From the sequence record DRR723986_5359: a stretch of 64,000 nucleotides of DNA; one strand, 5' to 3'. The position numbers and the translations under genes were made by a program. Positions 52,087 to 61,407 of this stretch are shown piece after piece (the stretch's first letter is position 1; each line of letters opens with the position of its first letter). The notes below the pieces were generated by a model that saw only the letters and a program-made list of their open reading frames with translations, was not told the origin of the DNA and searched no databases.

Positions 52087-53625
52087 TTGAAAGAATCGGT
52101 TGAAGAGTATGACGTTGTTATCGTAGGATCTGGTTTAGGTGGTTTAGCATGTGCTAATATTTTGGGTCAAGCCGGAAAAAAAGTGGTAGTTCTGGAGAAA
52201 AACCATCAGATTGGCGGAAACCTCCAAGTATTTAGTAGAGATAAGGCCGTTTTTGATACAGGAGTCCACTACATTGGTGGCTTGGATGAAGGACAAAATT
52301 TGAATAAGTTATTTCGATATTTTGGAATAATGGATAAATTGAAGCTGATCAAAATGGATGAAGAAGGTTTTGATCGAATTCGATTTTTTGATGAAGATAA
52401 AACCTACATGTACGGAATGGGTTACGATAGGTTTACGGCAAATTTAATTGCAGATTTTCCTAAAGAAGAAAAGGCTATCAGAGAGTATGTTCGTCTGATT
52501 CAGGAGTTTTGTACCAAATTTCCCATGTATCAGCTAGAGAATAAAGATGTTGAGTACCGAGAGAATGACGTGCTGAATGTAAACGCCAAAAAAACAATTG
52601 AAAACCTAACAGAAGATTTAAGATTAAGAGAAGTTTTTGGGGCCACAAATGCCCTTTATGCCGGAGACGAAAAAACACCGTTTTACGTTCATGCCTTGGT
52701 GGTGAATTCATATATCGAATCTTCATATAGATGTATAGATGGTGGTTCGCAAATAGCGATTTTAATGCAGAAAAGAATTCGTGAATTGGGTGGAGAAGTT
52801 TGGAAAAGAGCTGAGGTGGTGTCTGCAAATAGTGCAGATGGTAAACACATAGATTCTGTTAACCTATCTGATGGTAGAGTAGTGAAAGGGAAAAAGTTTA
52901 TCTCGAATTTGCACCCGAAACAAACGATCCACTTATTTGGTAAAGAGAAGTTTAGAAAAGCCTATGTTAACAGAATTACAGGCTTAAAAAATACCACTTC
53001 GTCATTTACTTTGCATTTGGTGTTCAAGAAGAAGGCCTTTAAATACATGAATTATAACATTTATCATTTCTACGGTAAATCAATTTGGACACTCACAGAT
53101 TACGATAAAAAAGATTGGCCAGAAGGTTATATGATGAGCACACCTGCTAGCTCGAAAGATCCAGAATACGCAGATGGAGCTTCGATAATGTGTTATATGA
53201 AGTCAGAAGAATTTGAGCCTTGGAAAGATTCATTCAATACGATTGTTCATAAAAACGAACGACCTGTCGGATATGAAGAGTATAAAAAAGAATGTGCCGA
53301 GAAAATTTTAGACTTGGTTGAAGAAAAATTCCCTGGTATCCGTGATAAAATTGTCTCATACCATTGTTCGACACCACTTACATTTAGAGATTATATTGGT
53401 AATGATGATGGTAATCTATACGGTATTGAAAAAGATTCTTCAGACGGCCTAAAAACTTTTATTAATCCAAAAACTCGAATTCCAAATGTTTATCTAACGG
53501 GAGCTAACATTAATTTGCACGGTATCCTTGGGGTAAGTATAAGCGCCTTGGTAACCTGTTTTGAATTTGTTGACAGAGCAGCGTTATTAAAGGCAGTGAA
53601 CGAATCTGTTTTAGAAGAATCTTAG
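52087..53625 (+). CDS. phytoene desaturase / retinol saturase-like FAD oxidoreductase
   Basis: GSGLGGL, FDTGVHYIGG, TPLTFRDY, HGILGV. Confidence 0.85.
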   Translation: MKESVEEYDVVIVGSGLGGLACANILGQAGKKVVVLEKNHQIGGNLQVFSRDKAVFDTGVHYIGGLDEGQNLNKLFRYFGIMDKLKLIKMDEEGFDRIRFFDEDKTYMYGMGYDRFTANLIADFPKEEKAIREYVRLIQEFCTKFPMYQLENKDVEYRENDVLNVNAKKTIENLTEDLRLREVFGATNALYAGDEKTPFYVHALVVNSYIESSYRCIDGGSQIAILMQKRIRELGGEVWKRAEVVSANSADGKHIDSVNLSDGRVVKGKKFISNLHPKQTIHLFGKEKFRKAYVNRITGLKNTTSSFTLHLVFKKKAFKYMNYNIYHFYGKSIWTLTDYDKKDWPEGYMMSTPASSKDPEYADGASIMCYMKSEEFEPWKDSFNTIVHKNERPVGYEEYKKECAEKILDLVEEKFPGIRDKIVSYHCSTPLTFRDYIGNDDGNLYGIEKDSSDGLKTFINPKTRIPNVYLTGANINLHGILGVSISALVTCFEFVDRAALLKAVNESVLEES

Positions 53626-54443
53626 TGTTTTCCTTTAGTTCTTTCAGGGTCTAATTCGAAGCTCACATTGCCTCCCTGAACATCTTCAGGAACTGAAGTT
53701 TGAAATGCATCATTAAAATGCACCATTATCGTTGCAAATTGCATGTCGGCATAAGTAGCAGGAATTTTAAAACCAACTCTAACGGTCATTTTATCTCCTT
53801 TGCCCAATAATTTATCTCCTTTTTTAAGCACGTTAGCAAATTGATCAGACCCAACCGCTGGGATAGAACCAGTTATTTTATTCGGTCGAACTACTGCATA
53901 ATCGTTACCTGTATAAATCAACTCAAAGGACAAGGAAGTTAATTTCGTTTCTTGTGAAGAGCCCTTTAATGAAAGTGTGAAATCTTCAAATTCAATTTCA
54001 TTTTTAGCAACAGGCAATTTGAAATCTTCTGCTTTGTGAATCTTTCCATTCGCCGGAATTCGTCTAATCCCTTTAAACTCAAAATCCATTTTACGGGCAT
54101 GCAATTTTTTAGGGTCACCATTAGGTTCAGCATTAAACGTCACTCGTTTCGATTCAAAGGGTTCTATCGTATAACTTTTTTCTCGATTTTTGAAAGTCTC
54201 ATCATTGATTTTGAATGTTGATTCATTCATTTCAAACAACAGATAATCATTGGTTTTATTTTCGATCTTTACACCGAATTTACACACATCCTTATCCGAT
54301 ACGCCATCAGAGAATTTACAGTTGTAAACGTCATTTTCAATAGGACTTGGATTGATAAAATAAACCGTTTTCTTTAATTTTTTTTGGGCGATAATAGTTG
54401 TGCTCGCTAAAATCGAAATAGCAATAAGTAAAATTGATTTCAT
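53622..54443 (-). CDS. hypothetical secreted protein with two similar Ig-like halves
   Basis: Signal peptide; repeated N.T/GNDY..... pattern. Confidence 0.7.
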   Translation of the reverse strand: MKSILLIAISILASTTIIAQKKLKKTVYFINPSPIENDVYNCKFSDGVSDKDVCKFGVKIENKTNDYLLFEMNESTFKINDETFKNREKSYTIEPFESKRVTFNAEPNGDPKKLHARKMDFEFKGIRRIPANGKIHKAEDFKLPVAKNEIEFEDFTLSLKGSSQETKLTSLSFELIYTGNDYAVVRPNKITGSIPAVGSDQFANVLKKGDKLLGKGDKMTVRVGFKIPATYADMQFATIMVHFNDAFQTSVPEDVQGGNVSFELDPERTKGKH

Positions 54444-54471
54444 AACTAATTTTTAATTTTTTTGAATTAAA

Positions 54472-54487
54472 TACAAGATTGGTGCCA
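54472..54487 (-). promoter_or_regulatory. sigma54-like promoter
   Basis: TGGCAC-CAATC-TTGTA on - strand, 28 nt upstream of the ATG. Confidence 0.45.
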
Positions 54488-54598
54488 AGTCAATTCCTGT
54501 TCAGTCTAAGTCAAAGGTATTGATTTTATTTATCAATATTTGTTAGGTAAGATAATAAGTAATTCTTACTATTTTTGGCTTCAATCAATTCAGCTCGA

Positions 54599-56293
54599 AT
54601 GTTAAAGGTGTTGCGTTTTATTTGGAGAGGGTGTTATCTTTTCTTCGAGTTCATGGTTCTCATGCTCGTTGTATTGGTGATGTATTTGGGTTGGGTGATT
54701 CCTATTCCTTATCCCGAACCATCAGATTTAAGCAGCCTTCAATTAGAAAGAGAGCAAATCGGTGAAGATCAATACAAGATTGGAAATAATTGGGCTGTCA
54801 AAAATGATTACGGGCTTTGGGAAGTTTATGTTGAGGGGGATGCCTTCGAGCGCGGGGTCATTTACGGTAAATTATTAGAAGAACCTGTTCAACAACAAGA
54901 AGTGTTTTTTGTTGATCAAATTGAGAAGATTGTACCCAATTCGTTTTGGAGATTTTGCCTTAGAGTCATGATTGGTTTCTTCAATAGAGATATGACAGAA
55001 TACATTCCAGAAGAATATTTATTAGAGATCTATGGCGTATCTCATTCTTTTGCTGATGAATATGATACAAGTGTTGGCCCTAAATATTATCGCATATTAA
55101 ATTATCATGCGGCACATGATATCGGCCATGCTTTGAAAGATTATAACATGGTGGGCTGCACTTCTTTTTCAGTCAATGACGAGTTTTCTGCAGACTCTAC
55201 TTTATTAGTAGGTAGAAATTTTGACTTTTATGTAGGAGATGAATTCTCCCAAGAAAAGGTGTTGACTTTTATTAACCCTAATAAAGGCAATCAATTTGCT
55301 ATGTATTCTTGGGCGGGGTTAATGGGAGTTGTTTCAGGTATGAACGAGTCAGGATTGAGTGTTACAATCAATGCTTCAAAATCTGAATTACCATCAAAAA
55401 CGAAGACGCCAATCTCAATTCTTACGCGTGAAATATTGCAATATGCAACAACGATTGATGAAGCAATAGCGATTGCTAAAAAAAGAGAAGTGTTTGTATC
55501 AGAGACCATTATGGTGACATCTGCTGTTGACAACAAAACGGTTTTAATTGAAAAAAGTCCTGAATCGATAGACGTTTATGAATCTAATCAAGGAAAAATC
55601 TATTGTACGAATCACTATCAAAGTGCAACGTTTAAAGATCAAAAAATCAATAAAGACAACATTTCTAATTCTGATTCTCAATACCGTTTTGACCGTTTAG
55701 ATCAATTAGTAAGCTCTAAACAACCCTTAGATTTAAACGAAACCGTGGAGATTTTGAGGGATCAAAAAGGAATAGATGGAAAAGAATTGGGTATGGGTAA
55801 CCCAAAAGCGATTAACCAATTAATTGCTCATCACAGTGTGGTGTTTAAACCGCAAGAGAAAAGGATGTGGATTTCTACAAACCCTTATCAATTGGGGAAT
55901 TTTATCTGTTATGATTTAGATGAGGTATTTACTTTAGCTGGAAAACGAGATCCCAATAAGAAATTATATATTGATTCACTGACAGTTGGCGCGGACCCTT
56001 TTTTGAGCTCAAAGGATTATGCGGATTTTGAGTTTTATAAAGAAATTAAGAAACAACTGTTTGATAGTTTCATGATCGGAATTCCTTACGATTTGTCATC
56101 AACTAACGAAGAAAAATTCATTGCTTCAAATCCTGAAAGTTATATAACCTATATGACTTTAGGTCAGTATTATTTAGATTTGGATAAATTGGATTTGGCA
56201 AAAAAGTATTTTGAAACTGCTTTAACTAAAGAAATAGCTTCAATCGAAGAAGAGAATAAAATTAAAGGTTTATTAAATGAGTGTGAGCACTAA
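54599..56293 (+). CDS. C45-family Ntn hydrolase/acyltransferase with C-terminal TPR (start probably ATG 54599)
   Basis: HDIGHA...G|CTSF autocleavage site, GRNFDF, SGMNE.GL, CTNHY; -7 box TATTTTTG at 54570. Confidence 0.88.
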   Translation: MLKVLRFIWRGCYLFFEFMVLMLVVLVMYLGWVIPIPYPEPSDLSSLQLEREQIGEDQYKIGNNWAVKNDYGLWEVYVEGDAFERGVIYGKLLEEPVQQQEVFFVDQIEKIVPNSFWRFCLRVMIGFFNRDMTEYIPEEYLLEIYGVSHSFADEYDTSVGPKYYRILNYHAAHDIGHALKDYNMVGCTSFSVNDEFSADSTLLVGRNFDFYVGDEFSQEKVLTFINPNKGNQFAMYSWAGLMGVVSGMNESGLSVTINASKSELPSKTKTPISILTREILQYATTIDEAIAIAKKREVFVSETIMVTSAVDNKTVLIEKSPESIDVYESNQGKIYCTNHYQSATFKDQKINKDNISNSDSQYRFDRLDQLVSSKQPLDLNETVEILRDQKGIDGKELGMGNPKAINQLIAHHSVVFKPQEKRMWISTNPYQLGNFICYDLDEVFTLAGKRDPNKKLYIDSLTVGADPFLSSKDYADFEFYKEIKKQLFDSFMIGIPYDLSSTNEEKFIASNPESYITYMTLGQYYLDLDKLDLAKKYFETALTKEIASIEEENKIKGLLNECEH

Positions 56294-57575
56294 AAATTCC
56301 AGTTTAGACTATGCTGATAAGTCGATTCGTGAATCGTATCAACTCGATCAATTGCAACGATTGTTTGCCTATTTGAATGAGCACTCAAAATATTACCAAT
56401 CTCTTTTTGCTGAGCACGGAATTACCGGTATTGATAGTTTGGAGGATTTGAAAATCATTCCAACTACTGTCAAAAAGCAATTGGCAGAACATCCTCAAGA
56501 TTTTTTAGCTGTACCGACTTCGAATATTGCTGAATTTACAACAACATCAGGTACAATTGGAAACCCCGTTCAAGTCTGTTTAACGGCAATTGATATACAA
56601 CGTCTTGCACATAATGAGGCATCTTCATTGGCAAAGGCGGGCTGTACATCAGAAGATATTTTTCAGCTGGCAGTAACCATGGACAAACGCTTTATGGCAG
56701 GCTTAGCCTATGCTGAAGGAGTCAGAAAATTAGGGGCAGGTTTAGTCCGAGTTGGAGCAAGCTCACCTGCTCTGCATTGGGATTCAATTATCCGTTTTAA
56801 ACCTACCGTCATTATTGCCATCCCAACTTTCATTTTAAGTCTAATTGATTATGCTAAGGCTAATAATATCGATTATAAAAATTCATCCTTAAAAAAGGTC
56901 ATTGCTATAGGTCAACCCTTAAGAAATGAAGACTTGAGTTTGAATGTGATCGGTCAAAAAATTCAAGATCTTTGGGGCATTAGTTGTTTTTCAACCTATG
57001 CTTCTACTGAAATGGCAAGTGCATTTACAGAATGTGAACATGGACAAGGAGGTCATCTTCAACCGGATTTAGTTTATCTCGAAGTACTAGATAAGAATGA
57101 TAATCTAGTTCAAAATGGGGAACAAGGCGAAATTGTCATTTCAACCTTCGGAGTAGAAGCAATGCCTTTGTTGAGATATCGAACTGGAGATATTGCGAGA
57201 AGATACACAGACACTTGTGGTTGCGGTCGTACAACCGAAAGATTAGGGCCAATAATCGGGAGAAAAAATCAGATGATCAAATACAAGGGAACAACTGTGC
57301 ACCCATCAAGTTTAATTCCGTTGTTAGACGCTAGAGAAGATTGTAAAATGTCGGCAATAGTTCTTTCAACTGATGAATTAGGATTAGATGATTTAACCTT
57401 GGTGTTTTCAGAAGACTTGGTGAATGAAGAATCAGCGCTTCGAATAATTCAAGAAATGGCAGACAGCATAAAGGTGAAACCAAAATTTGTCATTCGTCCA
57501 GCTGTCGAATTGAAAAAAATGTTGTTTGATCCTTCAAGCAGAAAACCTTTGAGGATAATCGATAAAAGAAGTTAA
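56277..57575 (+). CDS. phenylacetate-CoA ligase-like aryl-CoA ligase
   Basis: TTSGTIG, YASTE, PLLRYRTGD, GR..MIK.KG. Confidence 0.88.
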   Translation: MSVSTKNSSLDYADKSIRESYQLDQLQRLFAYLNEHSKYYQSLFAEHGITGIDSLEDLKIIPTTVKKQLAEHPQDFLAVPTSNIAEFTTTSGTIGNPVQVCLTAIDIQRLAHNEASSLAKAGCTSEDIFQLAVTMDKRFMAGLAYAEGVRKLGAGLVRVGASSPALHWDSIIRFKPTVIIAIPTFILSLIDYAKANNIDYKNSSLKKVIAIGQPLRNEDLSLNVIGQKIQDLWGISCFSTYASTEMASAFTECEHGQGGHLQPDLVYLEVLDKNDNLVQNGEQGEIVISTFGVEAMPLLRYRTGDIARRYTDTCGCGRTTERLGPIIGRKNQMIKYKGTTVHPSSLIPLLDAREDCKMSAIVLSTDELGLDDLTLVFSEDLVNEESALRIIQEMADSIKVKPKFVIRPAVELKKMLFDPSSRKPLRIIDKRS

Positions 57576-58816
57576 ACCTTACTTTTATTTGCCGCTCTCT
57601 TTTGAATGTTGATCACCTTGGATAAAACGCCAATGGCAGTATCGTGTTTTTTAACGTAGGTGTTGTTTTGATCCCAAACATATCCTGCCAGAACCGAGCA
57701 AATTCTTTCTTTCAATCCTTGATTGATATTTGGCGAAAAGAAAATAGTTGGCAAGGTACCGTCATACCATCCATTGACATAAGATCTGAATACATCTACT
57801 CCAGATTGGATGTACTCAACGTAGTCTTTTTCCCAATCCACTTTATTTCCTGTAAGCTCATCTGCAACTAAATAAGCAGCCTTTGATCCAGATTCAAGCG
57901 CGAAAGTCACCCCTGATGAAAAAACGGGATCTAAAAACTCAGTGCTGTTTCCGGTAAGCACAAATCTATCTCCGTAAAATTTACTCACAGCTGAAGAATA
58001 TCCCTTAATCTCCTTGGGTTCAAAAATAAAATTTGCATCAGTGAAACGACCCTTTAAATAGCCTTCTGATTTCACCAATAATTGAAAATTTTCTTCTTTC
58101 GACTTTGAAGAATCAAACTCAGGAACATCACCAACAAAACCAACAGATGCATATCCTTGCGAAAAAGGAATTACCCATGCCCATAGATCTTGATTGAGCA
58201 CCACAATTTGAATCCGATTTCCATCAATGTTTTTTGGTCTTAATTCATCAGAAATGTGTGCAAAAAATGCACTACGAGCTGGTTGATTAGAAGGGGCATC
58301 TAGGTTTAACAATCGTGGTAAAACCCTACCATAACCACTTCCATCAATTACGTATTTAGATTCAATTTGAGATGTTTCACCGTTGTTATCTATGCTTGTG
58401 ATTACTTTATCGGACTGAAAATCCACATCAGTAACAGCTGTATTATAAAGATATGTTACACCTCTTTTTTCAACCGAATCAGCCAATAGTTTATCAAAAT
58501 CTGCGCGAGTGACTTGCCATGTCCAGGTGGACCCTTTTGTAAATTGCTCTGAAAAGTCAAAATCACATTCTTTATCACCATAGATAAATTTTGCGCCGTA
58601 TTTTTTTTGAAAGCCTCCCGCATCTAGGATGTCAACTAAATCGGCATCACGCAAAATATCCATGCAACGCGGCAATAGACTTTCACCAATAACGAATCGA
58701 GGAAAAGTCATTTTCTCAACTACGGTAACTTGATACCCTTTCTTATTGAGGATGGCAGCGGCAACAGAACCGGATGGTCCAGCTCCAATAATCAATATGT
58801 CCGTTGTGTTGGTCAC
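57572..58816 (-). CDS. flavin-dependent halogenase-like oxidoreductase
   Basis: GAGPSG, FPRFVIGESLLP, GFQKKYG, WAWVIP, FLDPVFSSG. Confidence 0.85.
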   Translation of the reverse strand: MTNTTDILIIGAGPSGSVAAAILNKKGYQVTVVEKMTFPRFVIGESLLPRCMDILRDADLVDILDAGGFQKKYGAKFIYGDKECDFDFSEQFTKGSTWTWQVTRADFDKLLADSVEKRGVTYLYNTAVTDVDFQSDKVITSIDNNGETSQIESKYVIDGSGYGRVLPRLLNLDAPSNQPARSAFFAHISDELRPKNIDGNRIQIVVLNQDLWAWVIPFSQGYASVGFVGDVPEFDSSKSKEENFQLLVKSEGYLKGRFTDANFIFEPKEIKGYSSAVSKFYGDRFVLTGNSTEFLDPVFSSGVTFALESGSKAAYLVADELTGNKVDWEKDYVEYIQSGVDVFRSYVNGWYDGTLPTIFFSPNINQGLKERICSVLAGYVWDQNNTYVKKHDTAIGVLSKVINIQKRAANKSKV

Positions 58817-58848
58817 TGTTTGGGCTGCCTTGGTGAACTAGGCGCAAG

Positions 58849-58856
58849 CAAAGATA
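58849..58856 (-). promoter_or_regulatory. -7 box for the halogenase gene
   Basis: TATCTTTG within the same 12-mer (GCAAAGATAGTA on +) found at 48069. Confidence 0.55.
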
Positions 58857-58865
58857 GTATTATCT

Positions 58866-60056
58866 TTATTCACGAGCATTTTCAACTAAGTATTTCTTCT
58901 CCAATTTTGCATACTGCTCAGGAAAGAACAATTCAAGGATTGTGACATAATAATTGTAGGGCTTATGCTGATAGAAAACAGGTTCTTTTTCATACAATTC
59001 TTCATTTTCAAAATGACCATCTGGTCCAAGTGTATAAATGGCCATCAGTGAGTCATTTTGTAAAATGGTAGAATCTTTTAATTTTTTAGGATAATGAGCC
59101 GGTTTGGTTTCAATCACTTCTGCTAATCTGATGTAATTAATGTCTTTAACTGTGGCAGGCATGGTGATGGTATCCCCTTCTTTAGATATTTGTTTATTTA
59201 CAGAGTTACCCACTAAAGTGATGGTGTTATTAATGGTTTTTTCAAACAATTGAATCATACCATCAGTCACTTTACCTTTATAATCAAAATGTTCTCTATC
59301 AAATAAAAAGGTTTTCAAATCTGCCATTGTAAAAAGTGTACTGTCATTGTAGGATAAAGGAAATGTGGGTACAACGTCTGCAGGATTAATTACGTTAAAG
59401 CTATAACCATTTCCGAAAAGCTGCTCATAGTCATTTGCGAAAACCAAGTTCCCACACATTGGACTGGCAAAGGCGTATGTTTTAAAGTGATTTTTATTTG
59501 AAATTTTCCCTTCAGGTAAATGATGCAAATAAGCAGTAAGCATTTGTGCCAATGCCCCTCCTTGACTGTGCCCCGTGATCAGTATATTATAAATTCCATT
59601 TTGGTTTAATGCATTGATTTGCCCGATAAGATCCTTGGCTAAATAACATATAGCCAACGCATAACCTGAATGCACATGAGCTTCACTATTCTTTGAAAAA
59701 CTATAGGGATGTTTTTGGTTACCAATTAAAATCTCCCCAGTAGCTGGGATCATTGATGAGTAAAAGTTCTCAAGCCAGCTAGATTTTTTTGCTGTTGAAC
59801 CTCTTAGGTTGATTACTCCTGTTTTACCTTGCGTATAAATTTGAAAGATATTATCCAGTGTATTGACTTCAGATGTGTAGATTTTTTTATAACCGCTTGG
59901 AATTATTTCAGCATCTGAATTGTATAAATCAAGAAAGGTATAACTGCAGCCAATGGCTGCTAAATCTTTAGCTTGTTTGGGTTCAAATCCACCTTTAAAT
60001 TGTGAGTGCGAATAGAACGCTAAAAAACATGTAATAATTAAGAGCTTACTTTTCAT
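58866..60056 (-). CDS. secreted lipase (class 3)
   Basis: LRGS, VHSG, TGHSQGG, FASP..GN, DVVP. Confidence 0.88.
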   Translation of the reverse strand: MKSKLLIITCFLAFYSHSQFKGGFEPKQAKDLAAIGCSYTFLDLYNSDAEIIPSGYKKIYTSEVNTLDNIFQIYTQGKTGVINLRGSTAKKSSWLENFYSSMIPATGEILIGNQKHPYSFSKNSEAHVHSGYALAICYLAKDLIGQINALNQNGIYNILITGHSQGGALAQMLTAYLHHLPEGKISNKNHFKTYAFASPMCGNLVFANDYEQLFGNGYSFNVINPADVVPTFPLSYNDSTLFTMADLKTFLFDREHFDYKGKVTDGMIQLFEKTINNTITLVGNSVNKQISKEGDTITMPATVKDINYIRLAEVIETKPAHYPKKLKDSTILQNDSLMAIYTLGPDGHFENEELYEKEPVFYQHKPYNYYVTILELFFPEQYAKLEKKYLVENARE

Positions 60057-60127
60057 AGAGCTAATAAGTGCGTAAAGTTAATGCTTTCATTATAATTAAT
60101 GCATTCGACTCTGTTACACACCAGAAA

Positions 60128-60143
60128 TGCAGCAATTGTGCCA
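60128..60143 (-). promoter_or_regulatory. sigma54-like promoter upstream of lipase
   Basis: TGGCAC-AATTG-CTGCA with correct GG/GC spacing. Confidence 0.4.
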
Positions 60144-60147
60144 AGAA

Positions 60148-60480
60148 TTATATTTTCCCAAATAATTTGGCCCAATTCAGTTTTTCTAAGGAGAGCACAA
60201 ATTCAATTAATTCAGAATTGGCATATGTCCCGTATGAGCTAACCAGGCAGCCGGCTTTATTGTCTTTAGTATGAATTAGAAACACAATAGATTGATCAGA
60301 CGGGTCACTCAAACTTTCATGAATTGCACTTTCAACATAAAAACATTCATTTGACGTATATTTTTTATTTGTTGACCGATTAATCAAATGAGATTGGTGG
60401 TAATAAAACTCTTGCTTATATCCAGCTTTTTTAGCCGCCATTAGGTCTTCTAGTAATGTTCTACTGTTTGATAAAATCAT
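60148..60480 (-). CDS. conserved small Bacteroidota protein (family often mislabelled PRPP synthetase)
   Basis: GY...F, SDPSDQSIVFLI, G.LV..YG motifs; far too short for Prs. Confidence 0.65.
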   Translation of the reverse strand: MILSNSRTLLEDLMAAKKAGYKQEFYYHQSHLINRSTNKKYTSNECFYVESAIHESLSDPSDQSIVFLIHTKDNKAGCLVSSYGTYANSELIEFVLSLEKLNWAKLFGKI

Positions 60481-60495
60481 AATAAACACGTTTTA

Positions 60496-60535
60496 AGAAA
60501 GGCGAAGCAATTTTTTCCTTCGCCTTTCTGTTTTT
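60496..60535. terminator. hairpin / probable terminator
   Basis: AGAAAGGCGAAG-N10-CTTCGCCTTTCT perfect 12-bp stem. Confidence 0.65.
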
Positions 60536-60545
60536 CATGGAAGGA

Positions 60546-61319
60546 TTAATCTTCAATGATCATTGGCATTTCAGCGCTTTCAGTGATGATAACCTTAGCA
60601 CCATCAGATTCAGCCAATTTCAAATATGCCTCAATACTCTTAAGTCTTAAAATCTCTTCAGTTAAACCTTCTGAAAGAATAATCTGGGCGTCACGCGTTC
60701 CTTCAGCCTCTATAATTTTTCGTTGTGCTTCGAGTTTTTCTTGTTCAATAATAAACTGCATTCTTAAGGCATCTTGTTCTGCTTCTAGTCTATTTTCAAT
60801 GGAGGTGTATAATCCATCAGGTAACTTTATCGTTTTCATTAAAACAGCTTCTACAATTATGCCCTTCTCTTCTAAATTTTCTGCCATCTTCATTTGAATG
60901 CTCTTTTCAATTTCTCCTCTTTTGCCTGAATGCATGTCTTTTGCCAAAAATTTAGCACATACATCAGCGGATGCCGATCTGAAAACGCTTCTAATAATAT
61001 TCTCATAATCTAAGCCTACTGTTTCAATTAGGTAAGGCACGCTCTCTTTTTTGATATGGTATAGAATGGATATTTCCGCACCCACATTCAATCCTTCTTT
61101 ACTTGGTAGATTTAAAGCCAATTCTAGGTTTTCTGTTAACACGGTTGCAATAATAATCTTGGTTGAAAAAGGGTTGTAAACATGAGGGCCTTCATCTAAT
61201 ACGTTGTCTGACAATTTTCCGAATGTTTGTTTGACTCCTGCTTCACCCGGTCTGATAATAGCGCATGACAGAAACATTGAACTGATCATAAATGCTATAG
61301 CTAATTTTAAAGTTTTCAT
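60546..61319 (-). CDS. SPFH/prohibitin-family lipoprotein
   Basis: LSC lipobox, IRPGEAGV, PSKEGL, IIEAEG..AQ.I...LT. Confidence 0.9.
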   Translation of the reverse strand: MKTLKLAIAFMISSMFLSCAIIRPGEAGVKQTFGKLSDNVLDEGPHVYNPFSTKIIIATVLTENLELALNLPSKEGLNVGAEISILYHIKKESVPYLIETVGLDYENIIRSVFRSASADVCAKFLAKDMHSGKRGEIEKSIQMKMAENLEEKGIIVEAVLMKTIKLPDGLYTSIENRLEAEQDALRMQFIIEQEKLEAQRKIIEAEGTRDAQIILSEGLTEEILRLKSIEAYLKLAESDGAKVIITESAEMPMIIED

Positions 61320-61360
61320 AACTGTTTGTTTTTTTGTTTACTCAAATTTGATCAATCAGT

Positions 61361-61399
61361 ATTAGACCAGAATTAGATAAAAATTAGAATGGCATTAGA
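61361..61399. promoter_or_regulatory. four phased ATTAGA boxes (11-bp period), probable response-regulator site
   Basis: ATTAGA at 61361, 61372, 61383 and 61394. Confidence 0.6.
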
Positions 61400-61407
61400 T
61401 TTTCTTT

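Noticed and set aside
52087-53625. Carotenoid biosynthesis crtI
   Set aside because: No crtB/crtY nearby, and this subfamily is a regular member of flexirubin-type clusters.
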